A stretch of DNA of 64,000 bases from Lama glama. Its lineage: Eukaryota. The stretch covers positions 41,294,001-41,358,000 of the forward strand of contig CM052816.1 of assembly GCA_028534125.1 (NCBI GenBank), read 5' to 3'. Below are positions 53,791 through 64,000 of the stretch, piece by piece. Numbering within the stretch: position 1 is the first letter of the stretch; each line of letters opens with the position of its first letter. Below the pieces are notes generated by a model. It was not told the origin of the DNA. It saw only the letters and a program-made list of their open reading frames with translations, and ran no database searches. A program made the translations under genes and the position numbers.

Positions 53791-56256
53791 TAAAATAAAG
53801 GGTGCTTGAGGTATACAGTGGGAAATCTCAGTAATTATAGTTGTCCACTAGGAAATTGTACCAGACACAGTTTTCTTTTTCGACCAGTACACTGAGTACC
53901 TTTGCTCATTCAGATCCACCTAACTGACACCTGAACTTCATTTCTCATCACCTTGACCTGCTTAGTCTATGCTTTCTGTAGAAGACTGGTCTAACTAATC
54001 TCCAGGCTTGGGAGGGAAGGAAAAGACAGATGTAGACCTCCCAGCTAATGCTAGGTGAAGCCCTGTGTTGCCCAACAGTTTGTATTTGACAACTTAGGAG
54101 AAGCTGCTGTCTCTCTTTGAATAAATCCTTCCAGAATTTCTCACTTTCAAAGCTGTCCATCATGATTGAGGTGGGTGTAGAGAAAAGAACACAGAGACGA
54201 GTAAGAAGGGATCTCCCTTCAACCCGTCATGACTGAGTGCTTAATAATGCCATTAATGGTTTAAATACTGCGATGTCTAAATTTTAAAAGGACAAACATA
54301 CAATATCCAGCATACAGGAAGATTAACATCATAATTTTAAATGTCTCTGCTTGCTACAAGGAAATTGATCAGAAACAAATCACCAGTAAAACTTTCCAGG
54401 GTAGTTTCTAAGCTGTCTGGCTCCTTCCAAACAGTCCCCAAAGCCCAGCTAAAATCTAGGAAGGCAATCAACATTACTGTTAAACTGTTTTGTTGCTGTT
54501 GTAGTCAGCACCTTCATTTTATCTATGTCAAAGGTATGGATTTTTTTCCTATTTCCAGATGTCAGAAAACATGTCTTTACATTTATATTCCCCATAGTAT
54601 GTAGAACAGAGCAGCTACGAAATTAATATGTTTAAACAAATGAATTTAAAAGGCCACAGGTCAGGCATCTAGAGCAGAGGTCGTAATTCATAGCCCTTAA
54701 CCTGCCTCACCGCTATGAGTGGTCAGTTCTCCTTGCTCAGAGGCCCAGGTTCACTTTCCTGCTCACACTTTGGAATTGCCTGGTTTTGCTGATCACGGGA
54801 TACTTGAGGCTCTGCCTGTGTGGTTCCGTCACACAGTCTCTTCTCACAGCCTTAACCCCATTTTCAAAGTTCATCTCCAAGCATCCCTTCTCTGATGCGG
54901 AAGGAATATTAGCTAAATTCAGAAGGACTGGGTTATAGTCCGACTCTTTATTCTGACTCCCTGTGTAATCTTGAACAAATTATTTAACTTCTCTAAGTAT
55001 CAGTTCATTTCTTCAAGCCAAAGGTTGAACTGTAAGAAACGAACTGACGCCCCAAAGGGCCCATATCCACGTTTTCTTTGATCACCAAGTGGTGTGTGTG
55101 TATATATGCATGTAACATTTTAAATTACTTGCCAATTTTAAAGTTGAGTAGAATTTTTTGAGTAAAATCTTCTAAAAAATCTATAGGAAACATTTTTCTA
55201 ATTCTATAGCACTTACAAAATACTTTTATTAAGTTTATTGGAGGTTCATCATTTTATCCTTGCTTTTGTAATGTGTTGCTAGTCACAACCATGACTTATC
55301 TAATGGTGAGTAACTGAGCAGGAATGCAATTGCAGTTTTAGGTTCCTGTGGGAAAAGGCAATGTGTTTATAATGCATTTTCCAGAAATGAATTGGGGGAA
55401 AAAATGAGGATTATCCTGTGATTTTGTTATATTACAAACTCACATACCCACAAAACTAGATTTTTACTCTGTATAATTGGTTTTGATTTCAGAGTTGATA
55501 CAGTTTGCTGATATGATAAAATTCAGGTTTTGGCTAAGAGTATTAATATTTTCTTAAAAGTAAGTTTGGTTGGTAGCCGTGAAATATAAATAGTTGAAAT
55601 TTGTATTAGGGCCAACCAAATTTGGTTCTGTTTTCTCTCAGCTGCTTGTCTTTTACATTAGAAAATAAAGGGGAAAAAAGCCAAAAATCTTTGGAATGTT
55701 TTCCAAGTATCTGAAGTTAGTTTTCAAATGCCATTCGAACAAATTGGGGAAAGGAGAAACTAGGCATAAAGGAATAATTCAGATACACGGAAAATTCTAC
55801 AGAGGAATTTTACTTTTAAATTTATTGCATGGTTTAAATGTGTGTAACAGTGCCTTTGCATGGATTTCTGATACACAATAAATAACATAATTTAGATATA
55901 CTTGAGATCTTGAAGTAAGTTGCAAATATATGATCAATGCAATGGTGTTTTTAGGCTTAGAATAGGCTATCCTCTTGGAATTGGTTAAGATAATGTCATT
56001 CTCTAAACTAGAGCTGAATATGCTTTTATTAAACAAGTATTAGTTATCTGAATACGTAACACCCTGAAATAACATTTTGTAATGGCAATACTAGTCAATC
56101 TGGATCATCTACTAAAATCCTTTTGGGGAAACAAAAATAAATAAATAAAACTAATACAAAATAAACTGCAGTCTACATGATGTTTTTAAAAACTGATCTC
56201 AAAGGGTAAAAATTTGTGTCACCAGTTCAGCCCTTTCAGTAAAAAATGTTCCCAGG

Positions 56257-56770
56257 TGTGATGGCTAACTTTATGTGTCAAATTGACTGGGCCACAGGAT
56301 TCCCAGATATTTGGTCAAACATTTTTCTGGGTGTATCCGTGAAAGTGTTTTAGGGCGAGGTTAACACTTAAAGCAATAGTCTGAATAAAGCAGATCATCC
56401 TCCCTCATATGGGTGAGTGGAGAGGGCAGGGGAGGGGCTCATCCAACCCACTGAAGGCCTAACAACAAAAGGGATGATCCTCCCCCAGGAAGAGATCATT
56501 CCTCCTGCCTGACTGCCTTTGAGCTGGGACATCGGCTTTTTCCTGCTTTCAAACTCAGACTGAAACATCAGCTCTTCCTGGGTCTAAAGACTGCCAGCCT
56601 CAGATGAGAACACCATCAGCTCTCCTGGGTCTCCAGCTTGCTGACTCACTCTGCAGATCTTGGGACTTGTCTGCCTCCACAATCTTGTGAGTCAATTCTT
56701 TGTAGTAAATCTATTTTGTTATTAAAATATAGACCCTACTGGTTCTGTTTCTCTGGAGAACCTAAATACA
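56257..56770 (+). mobile_element. ERVL solo LTR (MLT2)
   Basis: tgtgatggctaactttatgtgtcaa start, ggttctgtttctctggagaacctaaataca end; 5-bp TSD ccagg / ccggg. Confidence 0.9.
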
Positions 56771-57551
56771 CCGGGCCATCCACAACATTAGTTTCCTGGT
56801 CTGTTCATCACAAACATTCCATTTTAGAGATGGGTCCATGACACTACCTTATCTTAGAGCCATTATGCTTTAGGAACATCCTACTCTTTATTTTCTTTAA
56901 ATTGTTTTACTAACTTTCTGAGATTAATTTGGTTTCATAGGAAGTCTTTGTCCCTGGTAAAAGAATAGGTAGACCAATCAGGTGGACCACTAAACATGTT
57001 TGTCCAGACTTCTCATCCAGAAATTTCATTTTTAACCAAGTAGTTTTCAAGATTAATAAATCAGTTGCTTTAGAATATGTCTATCTCCACAGCCTGTTTG
57101 TTCCTGGACTCACAATATACAGGTGCTCAGAACCGAGGCTGGAGAGCAAATCCTAGGTTCCAGGTGGGCTCAAGTGGAGGATGTGCTCCATAGGACCTCT
57201 CTGAACCACAGCTTCAGTCATCTCTTCTCTCCTTCTCCTCCACCCTTCACCTTTCCACTCCACCCCACCCCACTGGCAACATCACTAAACTTCAGAATTT
57301 TCCACATTATACATCTTTAGGGAACAGATAGTAAGTGTATTCAAATCTCAATTTCTGATTCAAATTCATTAGTACTGGCTGTCTTATCCATTATGTTGAG
57401 AATTAACAAGCAAGTATTGACCATAGATAGAAATGATGAATTAGCTATATCTGCCATGGGTGAGGGAGAAAGCAGTCACTGCAAAAGTCATGCATTCACC
57501 ATCCCTGCTTCAGAATTTTTTAATTGACACCCTTTTAAAATATATATGAAG

Positions 57552-57785
57552 TGGGGTGGAGGGATAAATTGGGAGTTCAGGATTTGCAGATACTAACTAC
57601 TACATGTAAAACAGATAAATAATAAGATCCTATTGTATAGCACAGGGAACTATATTCAATACCTTGTAATAACCTATAATGAAAAAGAATATGAAAAGGA
57701 ATATATATGTGTATAACTGAATCACTGTGCTGTACACCAGAAATTAACATAACATTGCAAATCGACTACACCTCAATAAATATAT
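57552..57785 (+). mobile_element. Camelid L1 3' end
   Basis: gggataaattgggagttcaggatttgcagatac..; TSD atatatatgaag / atatacatgaag. Confidence 0.85.
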
Positions 57786-58570
57786 ATATACATGAAGAAA
57801 AATGTTGCAAGATAATTTACTGAGATAATAATTTCTGTCTTATTCCCACTTCCATATGATTCTCTCAGAAGAAGTGCAACTTTGATTTCATTACGGTTTC
57901 CCAGATGCCTAGAAATAGGAACTCCAAGCATTGTATTCTGATTTCCTTTACTTCTAGGGCTTTTTAACAGCTTTGAGTTCCAGAGGCAGAAACAGGGGTT
58001 GTCTGGCACCAAGGACACAACTCCTTTTTAGGCTTTTGTTTGGGACTCAAAGCACCTGCAGTTACTAGGCTAGGTAATCCCAGTGGAGAGAGGGGATGGA
58101 GGCAGTGCTTGGAGTAATTTTAGAAAATGTCTCATCCTGGAAAAGAAAGACTCTGGGAGACTAGTGAAGGCACAGGGAGACGATGATTTTCGTATCTAGT
58201 GAGCACTCACAAACCCTTGCTCCCAGTGCCAGAGACGAGGGAGGATGAAGGCTTTGGGACATCTGTGGAATCCTGACTCAAAGTCTTAAGACTCTTCTTC
58301 ACAGAGAAGAGAGTCTCTGTGGCTAAGCCTGAGGTCAGCACAGAAAACGGGTGTGAAGGCATCTGAATGCTTCAAGAGCAGCACTGCCTGAATAATGGTA
58401 GAGAAGCAGCACTTCCCAGGAGCATCCCTTGATAGGAGGAATATTTATGACAACCAACATGATGGACTAAGAACCAGGATCTTCTCCTCCCATTTTTCAA
58501 ACATGTGAAGGTTTGCACAACACTAGAAAGAGGTGGGAGTCTACCAGGCCTCCTATAAAAAAAAAAGATT

Positions 58571-58710
58571 GGAGGGGGAGTGTACAGCTCACTGGTAGAG
58601 CACATGCCTAGCATGCACAAGGTCCTGGGTTCAATCCTTAGTACCTCTGTTATAAATAAATAATAATAAGTAATAAATAAATAAACCTATTACCTCCCCC
58701 TCCAAAAAAA
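58571..58710 (+). mobile_element. tRNA-derived SINE of camelid type (vic-1-like)
   Basis: A-box-like cagctcactggtagag, B-box ggttcaatcc (58628-58637), (taaa)n, poly(A); TSD aaaaaagatt (58561-58570 / 58711-58720). Confidence 0.9.
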
Positions 58711-59318
58711 AAAAAAGATTAGACTAAAAGTAGGGGGCTCAAATCCACTTAAGTTTTAAAAAAAATGTTGTATATTGTTCCCCAAGAATTGGAGCGCTAA
58801 ATCATAACTAACACATATGAATCATAAAACAAAAGAAAAATGCAAGATAATTTAAAATAGGTTCAAATTCATTGGCATCACTAGAAATTCCACAAAGCTG
58901 AGAGAAGGGATCCGAAGATCTCATGGGTCAATGAGAGGACTAAATAATGAGGATCCAGGCACTAATATTTTAAGCCATTTGTCCAAGATCACATAACTAG
59001 TATGAGAAAGCATAAATGCTAGTCTAGGTCTTCTGATTCCTGCGAGACTGAAAAAGCCAAGGTGATTCAATATTACGAAGTATAATTCATACCATAGTAT
59101 TTGGACCTCTGTAGGGGACAAGAGGTCAGGTGGCTGAAAGTGCTCTGTGGGGGCCCTATGCATGTTAGGGAGGAATGAACAGAGAATCACCACGAACAGC
59201 GTGGCATGACCTTAACACCCTGATGTGTGCATTGCAGCAGACTGAGAAACTGTAGATGGAATTTGACGTCAGGTAGATCTGAATTTTTCTCATTTCTTTT
59301 CCTTTGCCTTTAAAAAAA

Positions 59319-59705
59319 TTTTTATATTGAGGTATTATTGGCATACATTATATAAATTTCAGGTGTGCAACATAATGATTTGATACTTGTATACATTATA
59401 AATGATCACCACAATAAGTCAAGCTATCCATCACCACACATAGTTACAGAATTCTTTTTCTTGTGATGAGAACTTAAAAAAATCTACTCTCTTAGCAACT
59501 CACAAATACGAAATACAGTATTATTAACTATAGTTTCCATGCTGTACATTACATCTCCATGACATATTTATTTTATAATTTGAACTTTGTAGTTTGTGAC
59601 TCCCTACACCCATTTCACCAGCGCCTCCTCTGGCAACCACCTACCTGTTCTCTGTAACTATGAGCTTGGGTTTTTGTCTGTTTTTTAGATTCCACATATA
59701 AGTGT
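59319..59705 (-). mobile_element. Laurasiatherian L1 3' end (L1MA9-like lineage)
   Basis: tttcaggtgtgcaacataatgatttgata..tactctcttagcaac..ctctggcaaccac..tagattccacatataagtg. Confidence 0.8.
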
Positions 59706-60054
59706 CTTCTCACTTCTTTGGGAAAGGTTCCAAAACTCCACGAGTTTAAGAAAGGCTTATAATGTGCCCAGGACATTGGAGGTACTAGATCAATATATTT
59801 TCAATAGAGGTGCAGTGAACTTGATTACAAAACTTAGGAAAGATTCTACTATAGCAGATGAAAGCATCACAGCAAATTTCTTGAAGAAAGTGACTCAGAA
59901 AAAGAATTATCTATTAGTGCAAGTTTTTCATAGCTTTGGCTTGTGTTTTTTTTTTAAGCAGGTGCTTTTATAACTTTTATTTATAATTTTTACATGTCTA
60001 CATTTTGTTATATATTGCAATATTTAACAAATCTCTGTTGATTTCCAAATTTCC

Positions 60055-60945
60055 TTTTTTTAATTAACATTTTTTTAATTGAGTTATAGTCAGTTTACAA
60101 TGTTGTGTTAATTTCCAGTGTAGAGCACGATTTTCCAGTTATACATGAACATACATATATTCATTGTCACACATTCTTTTTCGCTGTGAGCTACCACAAG
60201 GTCTTGTATATATTTCCCTGTGCTATACAGTATAATCTTGTTTACCTATTCTATATATGACTGTCAGCATCTACAAATTTCAAACTCCCAGTCTGTCCCT
60301 TCCCACCCCCCTCACCCTTGGCAACCAAAGTTTGTATTCTATGTCTATGAGTCTGTTTCTGTTTTGTATTTATGGTTTTTTTTTTTTCAGAATCCACATA
60401 TGAGCGATTTCATATGGTATTTTTCTTTCTCTTTCTGGCTTACTTCACTTAGAATGACATTCTCCAGGAACATCCATGTTGCTGCAAATGGCATTATGTT
60501 GTCTTTTTGTGGCTGAATAGTATTCCACTGTATAAATATACCACATCTTCTTAATCCAGTCATCTGTTGATGGACATTTAGGCTGTTTCCATGCCTTGGC
60601 TATTGTAAATAGTGCTTCTATGAACATTGGGGTGCAGGTGTCTTTTTAAAGTAGGATTTCTTCTGGATATATGCCCAGGAGCAGAATTCCTGGGTCATAT
60701 GGTAAGTCTATCCCTAGTTTTTCGAGTTATCTCCATACTGTTTTCCACAGTGGCTGCACCAAACTGCATTCCCACCAGCAGTGTAGGAGGGCTCCCTTTT
60801 CTCCACAGCCTCTCCAGCATTTGTCATCTGTAGACTTTCGAATGATGGCCATTCTGGCTGGTATGAGGTTTGCATAGTTTTGATTTGCATTTCTCTGATA
60901 ATTAGTGATACTGAGCATTTTTTCATGTGCCTCTTGATCATCTGT
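60055..60945 (-). mobile_element. Young camelid L1, 5'-truncated
   Basis: Minus-strand ORF2 C-terminus ([38 protein letters not shown]), 3' UTR and poly(T). Confidence 0.93.
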
Positions 60946-61999
60946 AATTTCTATGAGACTTTGATCCTACCAATTCCAGTTCTGTCATGCCCATTAAAAT
61001 TCAGGAGCATAATCCTGAAACTTGGCAGGAAATTAATATGTACCAATTTTCACTGTTCCCTCAGTCTTTTACTAAACTCTTGCTTTCTATATTTATAGTC
61101 AACATCTTTGCTTTTAAAACAGTAATGGAAGAGGGATAAAAGGTTATTTGAATACTTTTTCTGCTTCATGGTACTTAATCTCAATCATTGATTAAATAAA
61201 CTGTTCTCTAAACTTCTTGAATGAATCACTTTTTATAAAATTTTTGAATCTTTAGCAAATACTCTGTGCTATTACATATACAAAAGATTTATAATTGTGC
61301 TTATATTCAGTTTTATTTTTATTAACTATGGAAATATATATATCACAAAACTAAGTCAGTAATGGTTGGATATACACACATACTCATGTACTCCTATGTA
61401 TGTGTTTTATAATCTTTATAAAATCAATAATTGTCTGAAGTTATCTAGCAACTTATCACATATAAATAATGTAACTGAGAAACAAGGAGTTTTCCATTTA
61501 AATCACCATTTTCTATTTGAGTAGCTTTATTCACATTTATAAAATAGATTGGGATGTGGCTGAACAGTCAGCTTGTTAATTGCTCTCTGAACAAGTTCTA
61601 AATGTGTCATTATTATCTAAATAATGAATAATTGTGGTGTGATTTCAATATGGAACAACCAGCTCTTGGCTTTTATTTCTTGAGAGAAGGAATATCACCT
61701 TCAATTGCCTTCAATCAGATGTGACATCTTCTGTACATTGATAGATGTATTATTGATATATATGGTCTTGATGTGATGTTACAAATTATCTCTTTTATCT
61801 TTGATTAAAATGAATTATCACATTGCAACAGCTGCTCTCCCAATTGTCAGCTGCATAGCCAGCTTACCACTCATTCACCACAACATTTCACTTTTAAAAA
61901 GCAAGTTCAGTGAACACATTTATGTTTTTACATGTACAACCCAGCTGCCTTTCTTGAAATACACAAGACATAGAAACTTCCTCTTCCCTACAATGGAAC

Positions 62000-62472
62000 T
62001 CTTGTTTTTGCCTGACTGACTTCCTTTCCACTCTGGTCACAGCAGCCCAATTTTCCTTTGGAGAATTTCCTCTAGCCTATCTTCAGTCCTTGTGATATGA
62101 GTAGGGCTGATCTTACCAATCCCATAATCATCCAATTTCTCAGAATAGGAATATGAACAAACCTGACCAGTAAGTTTATTGCATGACCCATTTGCAGTGA
62201 ATAGTTAAGAGTAAGGGACATAACATAGTTAAGTGAATCAGTATCATCTTCTAGACTGTGCTGGTACAAAAAAAGTAAAAGTGTAAGTCAGGCTAATAAT
62301 GAGACCCAAATTCTGCTGGCAGTTTTTGATTCTTTGGATTTAGCTATGACTAACTCTGTAGATCTACTCTTGGACCATTCAATTAAATAAACCATTCAAT
62401 TCCCTTTCTTTTTAAAACGTGAATTGAGGCGGCTTTTCATTCACTTACAACCACAAGACCTTTAATTAATAT
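62000..62472 (+). mobile_element. Old MaLR LTR (MLT1)
   Basis: End motif ccattcaattccctttc..ttttcattcacttacaaccacaagac. Confidence 0.45.
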
Positions 62473-62519
62473 GCCCATGACTTGATTTTTTTCTTTCTGT
62501 TTAGACAGTGCATTACTCA

Positions 62520-63230
62520 TGGTAGGATAAACTGATGAAATTTTTAAAAATTGAAATCCCAGTTACCTAACACAACAAAGTTTTAATGTAGTTCATGTCA
62601 CAGTCCAGTATACTAGTTGGGCTGCCTTTTTTCATGGCTTGGGTATATTATTTGGGCACGTAGTTTCCAAGCTAATCCCAGTCTGGGAAGGGAGAGAAGG
62701 AGAAGGTATCCTGGCTCTTTAGTGGCTTGAACTAAATATGACACAGTCACTACTGCTCATTGCCCATTGTCCAATTTGATCACTTGGCATCAAACTACAA
62801 AAGGCTGGGGAAATGCAGGGGGGGCACATTCACACTCAGAGAGCAGTACTAGCTCTATCAGTCAAGGTTCTGCAGAGAAGAAAAACCAATAGGGTGTGGA
62901 GGGGGGAGGTCGGGGAGAGACTGATTTTAAGGAATTGGCACATGAGTGTGGGAGCTGGTAAATCCGAAATCTGAAATCTGCTAGAAACTCAAGCAGAAGT
63001 TGATCCTTACAGCCGTGAGCAGAAATTCTTCAGAAAACCTCACATTTTGGTCCTGGGGCCTTGAACTGAGTGAGGCCCAACCACATGACTTAAAGCCAAC
63101 TGACTGTAGATGTCAACCACATCTATGAAATATCTTTCCAGCAACACCTAGATTACATTTGATTAAATTATGATATACTATAGCCTGGCCGAGTTGACAC
63201 ATAAAATCAACTATCATACTATCTCTGCCA
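62520..63230 (-). mobile_element. Old MLT1 LTR interrupted by MLT2
   Basis: cactactgctcattgcccattgtcca..aaaggctggggaaatgcagg..|MLT2|..ctatctctgcca. Confidence 0.5.
62855..63218 (-). mobile_element. ERVL solo LTR (MLT2C/D-like)
   Basis: tcagtcaaggttctgcagagaag..ttttaaggaattggcacatg..gccgagttgacacataaaatcaactatca. Confidence 0.85.
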
Positions 63231-63589
63231 AAGATCAGAAGCCCTTATTTCTTATTTTTTCTCATAATATTGCTGTGGGAATAAATATCCCTGCTCTATG
63301 GTAGAGGATTATAGCCCTGTCCTATTGTTAACATAGTCCATGCATCTCTTTCCATGCCATGAGGCTAAAAAGTTTTAACAATATAAAAATATTTCTTTGG
63401 TCATCAGAATGCTAATTCATTTCTGAAACCTTAGCTATAGTCAAGGGCTATATTTTTAACTGTTTTCATTTCTGTATTTATTAATTCATTTAGTTAATAT
63501 TTTGAGTACCTACTATAGCCTAGGTACACCAAAGATCACCTTTTCCTGACAAATATCTGCGTCTTCATATTGAGGGAAAATAAGTAACT

Positions 63590-64000
63590 GTGCTAAACAT
63601 GTAATGCTTTGTGACAAATCATTCCAAAACTTGGAGGATCAAAGCAAGAAAATCTGTTTTTCACGGTCTCTGTGGATGAGGAATTTCTGAGCAGTTTGGT
63701 TAGGTAGTTCTGTCCGGGTGTCTCCAGAGAGTGCAGGAAGATGTCGACTGTGCTGCAGTTATGAGAAGGCTGGGCCAGGGCCACAGGCCCTGAGTCCACG
63801 GTGGCTCACTCATTTATCTGGCAGGCTGGCGCTGGCTGTTGTGGGAGACTGCAGTCATTCTCTACATGGGCCTCCTGAGAGGGCTACCACAGCTCCCTAC
63901 AGCTGGCTCTCTCCAGAATAAGAAGTCCAGAAGACCAAGGCAGGAGCTTCAGTGCCTTTTATCACCCAGGCTTGTAAGTCACACGCTTTCACTTACAATG
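63590..64000 (-). mobile_element. MaLR LTR (MLT1F-like), runs off the window
   Basis: gtgacaaatcattccaaaacttggagg..ggtggctcactcatttatctggcaggctggcgctggctgttg. Confidence 0.75.

Noticed and set aside
58571..58650. tRNA gene
   Set aside because: Followed by (TAAA)n, poly(A) and a TSD, so it is a SINE.

Overview
AT-rich mammalian non-coding DNA, most likely camelid (camel/alpaca/llama); the species call is inferred from a camelid-type tRNA-derived SINE and the L1 3' UTR types. I found no recognisable host protein-coding exon, RNA gene or CpG-island promoter. The window is a layered mosaic of transposable elements: young lineage-specific L1 3' ends with target-site duplications (TSDs), older L1MA/MB/MC, L2, MIR, MaLR/ERVL/ERV1 LTRs, and Tigger, hAT-Charlie and Tc2 fossils. 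There is one 500-N assembly gap inside a young L1. The best observation is an L1 insertion (37743-40038) whose perfect 15-bp TSD encloses both the L1 and about 810 bp of foreign, CpG-richer DNA ending in its own AATAAA and poly(A), i.e. a 3' transduction. The second best is a roughly 220-bp non-repeat, polyadenylated, TSD-flanked insert (21642-21900) that looks like a truncated mRNA retrocopy or orphan transduction. A strong + strand bias of L1s suggests the window lies in an intron of a minus-strand gene. Repeat subfamily names come from pattern recall, not a database search, and boundaries of old repeats are approximate.
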